64,000 bases of DNA from Vicinamibacterales bacterium (GCA_965202655.1 CBDBBK010000002.1:1170528-1234527); one strand, 5' to 3'; positions 1 to 8,160 are shown, counted from the stretch's first letter. Translations and numbers: made by a program. The notes: generated from the sequence alone by a model not told the origin.

Positions 1-232
1 CGCGCAGGCGCGCGGCGATCATGCGGCAGGCGGTGCGGACGGCGCGCCGCCAGGCATCGTTGGCCGCCCGGACCGTCAACGTCCCGTCGGGACGGAGGTG
101 GACCGTCGTTGCGCGGTCGATCCTGTCCCCCACCGCCGCCCGCCAGGCGAATCGCAGTTTCGCCTCCGTGAGGGGCTGGCGGCGGAGCAGGACGCCGAGC
201 GCACGGGTCGACTGATGCTGCACCGGTACCAT
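1..232 (-). CDS. DUF721/DciA-like protein, N-terminal part (continues beyond window start)
   Basis: Minus-strand frame is open from ATG at 232 to position 2, with no stop. It is absent from the ORF track because it is open-ended. Translation: MVPVQHQSTRALGVLLRRQPLTEAKLRFAWRAAVGDRIDRATTVHLRPDGTLTVRAANDAWRRAVRTACRMIAARLR. The W..AVG...T....DGTL.V......W pattern resembles DUF721. A TACACT box lies 8 nt upstream of the ATG. Confidence 0.5.
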   Translation of the reverse strand, partial: MVPVQHQSTRALGVLLRRQPLTEAKLRFAWRAAVGDRIDRATTVHLRPDGTLTVRAANDAWRRAVRTACRMIAARLR

Positions 233-240
233 CGGCGGCG

Positions 241-250
241 AGTGTATCAT
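241..250. promoter_or_regulatory. Overlapping divergent -10 boxes (TATCAT on plus for maf; TACACT on minus for the DUF721 gene)
   Basis: Sequence agtgtatcat. Plus strand: TATCAT 245-250, then 6 nt, then GTG 257. Minus strand: TACACT (complement of 241-246), then 8 nt, then ATG 232. Confidence 0.45.
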
Positions 251-256
251 CGCGCC

Positions 257-838
257 GTGCGCCTCGTGCTGGCGTCCCGATCGCCGCGACGATCCCACCT
301 GCTCCGCGACGCCGGGTACCCGTTTGACGTCGTACCCGCGGACGTCGACGAGCGCCGTTTGCCCGATGAACCGCCGCGGGAATACGTCGTCCGGCTGGCG
401 CGGGCGAAAGCCGCGGCGGTGGCGTCCCGCGCCGGGGTCGCTGCGGGCAGCCGGACGATCGTGGCGGCGGACACGATCGTCGTGATCGACGGCCAGGTGC
501 TTGGAAAACCGGCGGACCGGCGGGAATCGGCCGCGATGCTGGGCCGGCTCGCGGGGCGAACGCACGAGGTGCTTACCGGCCTCGCGGTGGCGGCGGGCGG
601 ACAGGTGGCCGTGGCCGTGGAGACGACGCGCGTGACGTTCGCGCCCCTCGACCCCGACCGGATCGCCTGGTACGTGGTGACCGGAGAAGGCGACGACAAG
701 GCCGGGGCGTACGCCGTGCAGGGCCTGGGTTCACGGTTCGTGGAGCGGATCGAGGGGTCCTATACGAATGTCGTCGGGTTGCCGGTGGCGCGGCTGGAAG
801 CACTCCTGCGCGAGCTGGCGGAAACCGTCTCCGCCTGA
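257..838 (+). CDS. maf: Maf-like nucleoside triphosphate pyrophosphatase (septum formation protein Maf family)
   Basis: Frame of ORF 98..838. Motifs LVLASRSPRR, AADTIVV, DKAGAYAVQG and YTNVVGLP. Start set at GTG 257, giving the family-typical N-terminus VRLVLASRSPRR, 6 nt after the TATCAT box. ATG 215 and GTG 242 are alternative starts. Confidence 0.85.
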   Translation: MRLVLASRSPRRSHLLRDAGYPFDVVPADVDERRLPDEPPREYVVRLARAKAAAVASRAGVAAGSRTIVAADTIVVIDGQVLGKPADRRESAAMLGRLAGRTHEVLTGLAVAAGGQVAVAVETTRVTFAPLDPDRIAWYVVTGEGDDKAGAYAVQGLGSRFVERIEGSYTNVVGLPVARLEALLRELAETVSA

Positions 839-896
839 TGGGCTTCGTTCAGCGGCGGTGAGTGGTCAGTAGCCGCATACCCTTGAACCTGGCGGC

Positions 897-1664
897 GTGG
901 CACTGGTGCATCGGGGTGGTAGGATGCTGAACGCCGTCATGCCCGATCACGCCGGTTCCGGCGCCCGGCGGTGGATCTCCCTCCACTCGCGCAACGTCCG
1001 CGTCTGCCACTGGATCAACGTCGTTGCCGGCGGCTACCTGCTGGTAAGCGGCATCCACATCTTCCTGGACTTTCCGGAACTCTATTGGGGTCACACCGGC
1101 TACCAGGGCTACCCCGCGATCTTCAGGCTCGCGGACTGGGGGATCTCCTGGGACGAGGCGGGCGCCATGGGCAACCGGATGTGGGGACGCAACTACCACT
1201 TCACGTTCGCCTGGGTGTTCCTCATCAACGGACTGGTCTACGCCGGCTGGAGCCTCGCAAGCGGCCACTTCCGCGATCGCCTGCTGCCCCGGCGCACCGA
1301 ACTCGCTCCCGCGCGGTTGTGGGCCGATTTGCGCGACCATCTCCCGTGGCGCGCGCGAGCCCACGCGTTGGCGACCCGTTACGGCGTCTTGCAGAAGATC
1401 TCCTATCTCCTGCTGCTCATCCTCTTCGTACCCCTGATGACATTGACCGGGCTTGCCCAGTCGCCCGGCTTCACGGCGGCGATGCCGTGGCTCCTGGACC
1501 TGTTCGGGGGCCGCCAGTCGGCGCGCACGCTGCACACCATCGGTACCGCCGTCTTCGTGCTGTTCGTGGCCGTCCATGTGCTGGAGGTGCTGGCCGCCGG
1601 CGCCGTCAACCGCATCCGCGCCATGATCACTGGCAGATTCGCACTACCCTCGGAGGAGCGATGA
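897..1664 (+). CDS. Membrane b-type cytochrome (PF01292-like, partner of the Mo-oxidoreductase)
   Basis: Several predicted TM helices with conserved His (CHWINVV, YHFTFAW, LHTIGT, VHVLEV). Four-nt ATGA overlap with the downstream gene. Start uncertain (GTG 897, ATG 924 or ATG 939). Confidence 0.7.
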   Translation: MALVHRGGRMLNAVMPDHAGSGARRWISLHSRNVRVCHWINVVAGGYLLVSGIHIFLDFPELYWGHTGYQGYPAIFRLADWGISWDEAGAMGNRMWGRNYHFTFAWVFLINGLVYAGWSLASGHFRDRLLPRRTELAPARLWADLRDHLPWRARAHALATRYGVLQKISYLLLLILFVPLMTLTGLAQSPGFTAAMPWLLDLFGGRQSARTLHTIGTAVFVLFVAVHVLEVLAAGAVNRIRAMITGRFALPSEER

Positions 1665-2446
1665 GCAAGCCGACCCCCGCGCCGCGTATTTCCCGCCCCC
1701 GGCCAATCTCGCGTCGCCGCCTGCTGGCCAGCGTGCCCGCGCTGGGTGGGGCGCTGCTGGCCGGGTGCTCCCGGGATCAGTACCTGCCGCCGCACTTCCG
1801 GGATGGACTCGTCGGGGCCGCCGACGTGCTGACCATGAGCACGAATCGCCTGCTGCTGGCGAACCAGCCGCTGGCGCGGGAGTACGGCCCCGAGGACATC
1901 GCGCCGGACTTTCCGACGTGGGGCCAGACCAATCCCCGGGACGAGGAATACCAGCGCCAGCGGCGCAACGGATTCCGCGACTGGCGCCTCCCGGTGAGCG
2001 GCCTCGTCGAACGGCCGACCGCGCTCTCGCTCGATGACATCAGGCGGCTGCCCTCGCGCACCCAGATCACTGCTCATGTGTGCGAGCAGGGCTGGTCGGC
2101 CATTGCTCAGTGGACCGGCGCGCCGCTGCTGCAGGTGCTCGAAGCCGCCGGCGGCGCGCGGGCCGGCGCGCGCTACGTCGTCCTCGACACCGTCGACGGC
2201 TGGTATGAGGGCATCGACATGTTCGAGGTGGTGCATCCGCAGACGATCCTGGCCTACGGCCTGAACGGCGAGGATCTGCCGATGGGCAACGGGGCGCCCC
2301 TGCGGCTTCGCGTCGAACGGCAGTGCGGGTACAAGAATCTGAAGTTCCTGAAGTCCATCCAGGTAGTCGACTCGATGGCCGGCTTCGGCGAGGGCACGGG
2401 CGGCATCAACTCGGATTGGGGCTTTCACTGGTACGCCGGCGTCTGA
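1661..2446 (+). CDS. Molybdopterin-dependent oxidoreductase, sulfite-oxidase/YedY(MsrP)-like, Tat-exported
   Basis: In-frame ATG 1661 preceded by GGAGGAG (1652-1658). Twin-arginine signal ISRRRLLASVPALGGALLAGC. Core motifs AHVCEQGWS and GAPLRLRVERQCGYKNLKFLKSI. The 491-aa track ORF from 971 is an artefactual N-terminal extension. Confidence 0.85.
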   Translation: MSKPTPAPRISRPRPISRRRLLASVPALGGALLAGCSRDQYLPPHFRDGLVGAADVLTMSTNRLLLANQPLAREYGPEDIAPDFPTWGQTNPRDEEYQRQRRNGFRDWRLPVSGLVERPTALSLDDIRRLPSRTQITAHVCEQGWSAIAQWTGAPLLQVLEAAGGARAGARYVVLDTVDGWYEGIDMFEVVHPQTILAYGLNGEDLPMGNGAPLRLRVERQCGYKNLKFLKSIQVVDSMAGFGEGTGGINSDWGFHWYAGV

Positions 2447-2456
2447 ACTCTCGTAT

Positions 2457-2495
2457 GGCGGCGCGGGCCGCGGCAGTGATGCGCGGCCGCCGCCG
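2457..2495 (+). terminator. GC-rich stem-loop after the Mo-oxidoreductase stop codon (no U-tract)
   Basis: 2457-2463 pairs with 2488-2494 and 2467-2472 pairs with 2482-2487, giving a 13-bp stem with a 3-nt bulge and a 9-nt loop. It ends immediately before the ccm -35 box. The lack of a T-run makes intrinsic-terminator function uncertain. Confidence 0.35.
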
Positions 2496-2525
2496 TTGAC
2501 GGGCTCGCAGCCGGGACGATATCCT
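2496..2525 (+). promoter_or_regulatory. Sigma70-type promoter of the ccm operon (TTGACG, 18 bp, TATCCT) driving a leaderless ccmE
   Basis: TTGACG 2496-2501; TATCCT 2520-2525; ATG of ccmE at 2532, 6 nt after the -10 box. No Shine-Dalgarno sequence. Confidence 0.5.
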
Positions 2526-2531
2526 AGACCC

Positions 2532-2999
2532 ATGCTGAGCACCGCAGTGAAGGTCCTCCTGACTACCGGCGTGCTTTGCGCCGCTTTCGCGGGGCTGCTC
2601 TGGACCACGATGCAGGAGGGCACGCAGTTCTACCTGGAGGTGGAAGAAGTGCTCGCCGAGCCTGCCGAGTGGGAAGGGAAACCGCTGCAGGTGCATGGCT
2701 ATGCCGCCAACGTGATGCGCCGTCCGGACAGCCTCGACTGGCGGTTCGAAATCACCGACAGCGTCGAGAACCGGACGATGATGATGGACGCCGTCTACAC
2801 CGGCATCGTTCCCGACACGTTCGACAACCACGCGGAAGTGGTTGCGACGGGACGGCTCGTGGGCGGCACGTTCCATGTCGATCCGGACGGCATCATGGCC
2901 AAGTGCCCCTCGAAGTACGAGGAACGGCCGTCCGTCGGCGACTCGGCGGGTGCGTCCGGCTACGTGTCGGGCACCGGGAACGCCGGCGCCGGCAACTGA
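2532..2999 (+). CDS. ccmE: Cytochrome c maturation heme chaperone CcmE, CxxxY variant
   Basis: N-terminal TM anchor followed by an OB-fold region (PLQVHGY, FEITD, EVVATGRL). The heme-binding motif reads AKCPSKYEE (Cys codon 2904-2906, Tyr codon 2916-2918) where canonical CcmE has HxxxY. Confidence 0.9.
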   Translation: MLSTAVKVLLTTGVLCAAFAGLLWTTMQEGTQFYLEVEEVLAEPAEWEGKPLQVHGYAANVMRRPDSLDWRFEITDSVENRTMMMDAVYTGIVPDTFDNHAEVVATGRLVGGTFHVDPDGIMAKCPSKYEERPSVGDSAGASGYVSGTGNAGAGN

Positions 3000-3040
3000 C
3001 CATCGGGTCCTGAGACCACGGCCCGGGGGCCGTCCCTGCC

Positions 3041-5599
3041 ATGGCGACACTCGGAACCTACACGCTTCTGGCCGCCTTCGTTGCCTGTGCGTACGCTGCC
3101 GCGGCAGCCGTCGCGGGTCACCGCCGCCGCAGCCCGCGGCTGCTGGAGAGCGGCGTGGGGGCCTTCTACCTGGTAACCGCGCTCATGACGCTCGCCTCCG
3201 CGGTGATCGTCCGCGCGTTCGTCATCGGCGACTATTCCATCCGCTACGTCGACCGCTACTCCGATGCGGTGCAGCCCCTGTTCTACAAGATCACGTCGTA
3301 CTGGGGCGGCCTCGACGGATCGATCATGTTCTGGGTCTTCCTGCTCTCGGTGTTCGGCGCCATTGCCGTCCATACGAACCGGGAGCGCCACCGCGAGCTG
3401 GTCCCCTACGTCATCGCGACGATCGCCGTGGTGCAGATGTTCTTCCTGAGCGTGATGATCCTGAACAACAACCCGTTCTCCACCTATCTGCTGCAGACGC
3501 CGGCGGATGGGCGCGGGCTCAACCCGCTGCTGCAGAACCCGTACATGGTGATCCATCCGCCGTCGCTCTACACGGGGCTGGTGGCGATGACGATCCCGTT
3601 CGCGTTCGGGATGGCGGCGCTGATTACGGGCTACCTGGACGACGCATGGCTCCGCGCCGTTCGCCGCTGGACGATGTTCGCCTGGTTCTTTCTCTCGCTC
3701 GGCCTGACGCTGGGCATGATCTGGGCCTACGAGGAACTGGGCTGGGGCGGCTGGTGGGGCTGGGATCCGGTGGAGAACGCCGGTGCGCTGCCGTGGTTCC
3801 CGGCGACGGCGTTCCTGCATTCGGTGATGGTCCAGGAGCGGCGCAGCATGCTCCGCGTGTGGAACATCTCCCTCGTCATCATCGCCTTCGCGCTGACCCT
3901 CTTCGCCACCGCGCTGACGCGGACCGGCATCGTGCAGTCGGTACACGCGTTCGGCGAGGATCCGCAGCTCGCGGTGATGTTCGGGCTCTTCATCGGCGCC
4001 GTGATGCTTGTCGCCTTCGGCCTGGTCATCTACCGCCTGCCACTGCTCCGGGCGCGGAACGACCTCGAGTCGTGGGCGTCGCGCGAGGCGGCATTCCTGG
4101 TGAACAACTGGATCCTGCTGTTCTCGGCCTTCTTCATCCTGTTCGCGACGATGTTCCCGACGATCAGCGAGGCGGTGACGGGGCAGCGGATCACGGTCGG
4201 TCCTCCGTTCTTCAACAAGTGGATGATCCCGATCGGGCTCACGCTGCTGCTGCTGACCGGTATCGGGCCGCTGCTCGCCTGGCGGAAGTCGACGCTGGCG
4301 AACCTGCGCCAGCAGTTCCTCTGGCCGGTGGCGTGCTCGCTCTCGGTCACGGCCGTGCTCGTCGCGCTCGGTTTCCGGGTGTGGGTCGCCGGCATCTGCT
4401 TCGCGCTGTGCGCCTTCGTCGCCGGCACGGTCGGACAGGAGTTCGTCCGGGGCGCGGTCGTCCGCCGCGGCGTGACGGGCAGCGACATGGTTACCGCCAT
4501 GATCGGCCTCGTGATGCGGTCGCGCCGGCGCTACGGCGGCTACATCGTCCACCTCGGCATCGTCCTGATGATGCTCGGCTTCGCCGGCTCCGGCTACCGG
4601 CAGAGCGAGCAGGTGCTGCTGGATCCGGGCGAGTCGGTCGAGGTCGGGCGCTTCAGCGTCCGGCACGATCGTCTGAGCATCACCGACGACGGCGCGAAGG
4701 AGATGCATACCGCCCACGTTACCGTCTTCGAGGACGGACAGCAGGTGGCGCAGCTCTATCCGGCGCGCTGGTTCTACCGGAAGTACGAGGCGGAGCCGAC
4801 CACCGAGGTGGCGATGCGGCGCACGATCGCGGAGGACGTGTACGTCGTTCTTGCCGCGTACGACATGGGCGATCAGTCGGCGAGCTTCCAGGTGACGGTC
4901 AACCCGCTGGTGAACTGGATCTGGTTCGGCTTCGGCATCCTGGCCCTCGGCACCGGAATAGCGCTTCTCCCGGAGAGCCGTTTCGCGTTTCTGGCCGCGC
5001 GCGCCGGGCCGGACGCGCGCGCGCCCGGATCGACGGCGACCAGCACGACGGCGTCCATCGTGTTGATCGCGGGCCTTGCCCTGGGCGGTCTGGCCTCGCC
5101 GGCCCTCGCGCAGACCGGCGCGCCGCCGGAGTCGTTCACCACGACCAGCGAACTGGAGGCGGACCTGCAGCGGGAACTCGTCTGCCTCTGCGGCACCTGT
5201 CCGCGGCTGACCCTCGCCGACTGCCGCTGCACGTCGCCGCCCCAGTACGTGACCGGGTCGGACGGTGCGCCGCAGTTGACGACGGCGGGCGCGGAGTTCA
5301 TGCGGGCGCAGTTGCGCGAGCAGATCGAAGCGGGGAAGGACCGCCGCGCGATTCTCGACTGGTTCATCGAGACCTACGGCAGTCAGGAAGCGCTGGGCGC
5401 GCCGATCGACGAGGGTTTCAACCGGGCGGCGTGGCTCTTCCCGTACCTGGTGGGCGTCGGCTGCCTGATAGCGGTCGGGATGGTCGCGCTCCGCTGGTCG
5501 CGCCGCGGGAGCGCGGCGGTCGAGACGGCGGGCGCGCCGGTGGCGGTCGACCCCGAACTGGACGCCCGCCTGGATGATGAGCTCCGGAACCTCGACTGA
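3041..5599 (+). CDS. ccmF: Cytochrome c heme lyase CcmF fused to a C-terminal CcmH-like domain
   Basis: WWD motif WGGWWGWDPVENA and many TM helices typical of CcmF, up to about residue 640. An extra roughly 200 aa follows: a TM or signal-like segment, a Cys cluster LVCLCGTCPRLTLADCRC (5183-5232), then ILDWFIETYGSQEAL...AAWLFPYLVGV plus a TM helix, matching the CcmH/CycL/NrfF layout. Confidence 0.85.
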   Translation: MATLGTYTLLAAFVACAYAAAAAVAGHRRRSPRLLESGVGAFYLVTALMTLASAVIVRAFVIGDYSIRYVDRYSDAVQPLFYKITSYWGGLDGSIMFWVFLLSVFGAIAVHTNRERHRELVPYVIATIAVVQMFFLSVMILNNNPFSTYLLQTPADGRGLNPLLQNPYMVIHPPSLYTGLVAMTIPFAFGMAALITGYLDDAWLRAVRRWTMFAWFFLSLGLTLGMIWAYEELGWGGWWGWDPVENAGALPWFPATAFLHSVMVQERRSMLRVWNISLVIIAFALTLFATALTRTGIVQSVHAFGEDPQLAVMFGLFIGAVMLVAFGLVIYRLPLLRARNDLESWASREAAFLVNNWILLFSAFFILFATMFPTISEAVTGQRITVGPPFFNKWMIPIGLTLLLLTGIGPLLAWRKSTLANLRQQFLWPVACSLSVTAVLVALGFRVWVAGICFALCAFVAGTVGQEFVRGAVVRRGVTGSDMVTAMIGLVMRSRRRYGGYIVHLGIVLMMLGFAGSGYRQSEQVLLDPGESVEVGRFSVRHDRLSITDDGAKEMHTAHVTVFEDGQQVAQLYPARWFYRKYEAEPTTEVAMRRTIAEDVYVVLAAYDMGDQSASFQVTVNPLVNWIWFGFGILALGTGIALLPESRFAFLAARAGPDARAPGSTATSTTASIVLIAGLALGGLASPALAQTGAPPESFTTTSELEADLQRELVCLCGTCPRLTLADCRCTSPPQYVTGSDGAPQLTTAGAEFMRAQLREQIEAGKDRRAILDWFIETYGSQEALGAPIDEGFNRAAWLFPYLVGVGCLIAVGMVALRWSRRGSAAVETAGAPVAVDPELDARLDDELRNLD

Positions 5600-6200
5600 C
5601 GCCGCGCCGGCGCCAGCGTCGTCCGCCTTCCGCGCCTGGCATCTCTTTGTTCTGGCCGGCCTGCTCGGAGCGGCGGTGGCCGTCGTGATGGTCCGCCCGG
5701 AGGGCGTCACCCCCCTCATACTGCTCGTCGCCGCGGTCGGCGCCGGCGCCTACGTGGGTTATGCCCTCTACCGGATGTTCGCACCGTTCGCCTCGCGCAC
5801 CTTCACCGAGCGGGTCGAGATGGTGGGGGGACGCACGCGTGCCGCGCTGGAACGCGAGAAGACGCTCGTGCTCCGCGCCATCAAGGAGCTGGAGTTCGAC
5901 CGGGCGATGGGGAAGGTGTCCGATGCCGACTTCGACGAGATGGCCGGCCGCCTGCGGACGCGGGCGCGCGCCCTGCTAAAGCAACTGGACGTCGACGGCA
6001 CTGCCTATCGTGACCTGATCGAACGGGAGCTGGCCGACCGGTTGGAGAAGGCTTCGGTGCCGGTCGAGGCGGAGCCGGCCGGCGGAGATGCCGCCGAGCG
6101 CCGGCCGCGGTCGTCCGGGACACGGCTCGTCTGCGGCGCCTGCGGGGCAAGCAACGAACGCGACGCCCGGTTCTGCAAGCAGTGCGGAGCCGAACTGTGA
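5574..6200 (+). CDS. Membrane protein with C-terminal zinc-ribbon (CxxC...CxxC), function unknown, in the ccm operon
   Basis: Two predicted TM helices, a coiled-coil-like middle (EREKTLVLRAIKELEFDRAMGKVSDADFDEMAGRLR), and C-terminal CGACGASNERDARFCKQCG. Overlaps the ccmF end by 26 nt. Confidence 0.6.
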   Translation: MMSSGTSTDAAPAPASSAFRAWHLFVLAGLLGAAVAVVMVRPEGVTPLILLVAAVGAGAYVGYALYRMFAPFASRTFTERVEMVGGRTRAALEREKTLVLRAIKELEFDRAMGKVSDADFDEMAGRLRTRARALLKQLDVDGTAYRDLIERELADRLEKASVPVEAEPAGGDAAERRPRSSGTRLVCGACGASNERDARFCKQCGAEL

Positions 6201-6202
6201 CG

Positions 6203-7444
6203 ATGAAGCGCGCGACCTGCACGGCGCTCGCCCTCGCCGGCGCGGTGCTTGCGGCCTGGCCGTCCGCGGCGCCGGCGCAGCCCGATCCGCGGCAGATGTC
6301 GGGCATTCCGCTTCCGGATCCCCAGCTTTCTCCCGGCATCGTCACCGTCCGGGTCGTCCGCGGCACGCTCGACAACAATGTCACCAATCACCCGGTCGAA
6401 ATACGGGCCGGCGACATCGCCGAAACGGTCCTGACGGACGAGGAGGGGCGCGCCGAGTTCGTCATGCTGAACGCGGGCGAGACGGTGATCGCCTCGACCG
6501 AACTCGACGGCGAGCGGATCGAATCGCAGCCCTTCGCCGCCCCCGGCGCCGGCGGCGTGCGCCTGATGCTGGTTGGCGCGGGCGACGCCGCGGCGACCGA
6601 CGTGCCGCCCGAGCCGGGAGCGGTGAGCTTCGGCGCGGATTCGCGCATCGTGGTCGAGTTGGGAGAAGAGAGCCTGTCGATCTTCTACCTGCTCGACATC
6701 TTCAACCCGCTCCTGGCGCCGGTCGAGCCGCCGACTCCCGTCGCGTTCGCGCTTCCCTTCGGTGCGCAGGGGGCAACCGTGCTGCGCGAGTCCGCCGCAT
6801 CGACACGCATTGACGGTCCGAACGTGACGATGGACGGACCGTTCGCGCCGGGTCTGACGCCGTTGCGGGTTGCCTACGTGCTGCCCTACGTGGGTCCCGC
6901 CGTCGCCGTGTCGCAGACGCTGCCGGCGGACCTCGACGGTCTGCTGATGGTGGTGCAGAAGTGGGGAGCCATGGAGCTGGCGTCGGACCAGATCGCACGC
7001 CGCGCCGACATGTCGCCGGAGGGGACCGACGAGACCTACATCTTTGCGGCCGGGCCGCCGGTGCCGGGCGGCACGCCGATTACGTTCGAGATCGCGGGCC
7101 TGCCGCACCACAGCCAGATGCCCGGTTTCGTTACGGTCGCGCTGGCGCTGGGGATTCTGGGAATCGGCGCCTGGGCCGCCGCCACGCCCGCCGCGGCGGA
7201 AGGGGCGGACCGGCGCCGCCGCCTGGAGCAGCGGCGGGAGAAGCGCTTCGCCGATCTGGTGAACCTGGAGCAGCAGCACCGGACCGGCAAGGTGGGGCCG
7301 ACCCGCTACGGGAACCGCCGCGCCGAGCTGCTGGCTGACCTCGAGCGGATCTACGCGGACCTGGACGACGCGCTCACTCCTTCGACATGGCCACACCCAA
7401 CCCCGCCGGCGACGGGCCGGGCGCGTTCGACTTCGACCGCCTGA
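6203..7444 (+). CDS. Secreted, membrane-anchored protein of unknown function in the ccm operon
   Basis: ATG 6203 gives signal peptide MKRATCTALALAGAVLAAWPSAAPAQ. Beta-rich ectodomain, a C-terminal TM helix (FVTVALALGILGIGAWAAA), then a charged helical tail (RRRRLEQRREKRFADLVNLEQQH). The 3' end overlaps the ccmA start by 58 nt. Confidence 0.6.
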   Translation: MKRATCTALALAGAVLAAWPSAAPAQPDPRQMSGIPLPDPQLSPGIVTVRVVRGTLDNNVTNHPVEIRAGDIAETVLTDEEGRAEFVMLNAGETVIASTELDGERIESQPFAAPGAGGVRLMLVGAGDAAATDVPPEPGAVSFGADSRIVVELGEESLSIFYLLDIFNPLLAPVEPPTPVAFALPFGAQGATVLRESAASTRIDGPNVTMDGPFAPGLTPLRVAYVLPYVGPAVAVSQTLPADLDGLLMVVQKWGAMELASDQIARRADMSPEGTDETYIFAAGPPVPGGTPITFEIAGLPHHSQMPGFVTVALALGILGIGAWAAATPAAAEGADRRRRLEQRREKRFADLVNLEQQHRTGKVGPTRYGNRRAELLADLERIYADLDDALTPSTWPHPTPPATGRARSTSTA

Positions 7445-8157
7445 AGCTCGACCGCGTCTCGCGCCACTACGGCCGCCGGCGCGCGCTCTGGCGGGTGTCT
7501 CTGGAGGTGGCGGCCGGTGAAGTGGTCGGCCTCCTCGGACCGAACGGCGCGGGGAAGTCGACGCTGCTCCGCCTGCTCGCAACGCTGATCGCGCCGTCGT
7601 CCGGCGCGGTCCGCTACGGGGACCGGACGGCGCGGCAGCAGGCGGGCGCCCTGCGGCGCCGGATCGGCTACCTGTCGCATGACCTGCAGCTCTATCCCGA
7701 GTTGACGGCACGAGAGAATCTGGCGTTCTTCGCCAGCCTGTACGGGGATCGTCACCCCGGCGAGCGAGTCGAGGCGGCGCTCCGGTCGGCGCGCCTCGAC
7801 GACCGCGCGGATGAGCCCGTGCAGCGTTTCTCGCGCGGCATGCGGCAGCGGCTTGCGCTGGAGCGCGCGCTGCTGCACGGCCCGCGCCTGATCCTGCTGG
7901 ACGAACCGTTCACCGGCCTGGACGATCGCTCGGCCCTCGATCTCGCCGCGCGGCTGCGCACGCTGCGCGGCGACGGGCGGATGATCCTGCTCGCGACGCA
8001 CGATCTCGATGTCGTGGAAGACGTGATCGACCGCGCCGTGGTGCTGCAGCGGGGCCGCGCGACGCTGATCGATCGCGGGGAGGAGACGCTGCGCGAACGT
8101 TACCGCGCGGCGCTGGCCGCGAACGGTGCGCCGAGCGCCGCCTCCGGCGGGAAATAG
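7387..8157 (+). CDS. ccmA: Heme exporter ATP-binding protein CcmA (ABC)
   Basis: Walker A GPNGAGKST, ABC signature FSRGMRQRLAL, Walker B LILLDEPFTGLD. Sits directly upstream of ccmB and ccmC. Start could be slightly downstream. Confidence 0.85.
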   Translation: MATPNPAGDGPGAFDFDRLKLDRVSRHYGRRRALWRVSLEVAAGEVVGLLGPNGAGKSTLLRLLATLIAPSSGAVRYGDRTARQQAGALRRRIGYLSHDLQLYPELTARENLAFFASLYGDRHPGERVEAALRSARLDDRADEPVQRFSRGMRQRLALERALLHGPRLILLDEPFTGLDDRSALDLAARLRTLRGDGRMILLATHDLDVVEDVIDRAVVLQRGRATLIDRGEETLRERYRAALAANGAPSAASGGK

Positions 8158-8160
8158 CCG

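Noticed and set aside
971-1660. N-terminal extensions of track ORFs (971..2446, 23636..25477, 26981..28012, 46351..47652, 52671..54515, 12102..13196, 30902..31828, 60840..61967)
   Set aside because: The extensions overlap the preceding real gene in another frame and are Arg/Pro-rich. Internal starts give proper signal peptides or family-typical N-termini and often coincide with ATGA/GTGA coupling or SD or -10 signals.
3018-3033. 6-bp stem (ACGGCC/GGCCGT) between ccmE and ccmF as an attenuator or terminator
   Set aside because: The stem is short, has no U-tract and lies within a 41-nt intercistronic spacer of an obviously co-transcribed operon. A stem of this size is likely by chance in GC-rich sequence.
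2842-5719. Very long ORFs overlapping ccmF in other frames or on the other strand (2842..5577 plus strand, 911 aa; 2960..5719 minus strand, 919 aa)
   Set aside because: Their translations are Arg/Pro/Gly/Ala-rich, low-complexity and motif-free. The in-frame CcmF product has clear family motifs (WWD, TM helices). They are typical shadow ORFs of GC-rich DNA, where stop codons are rare.
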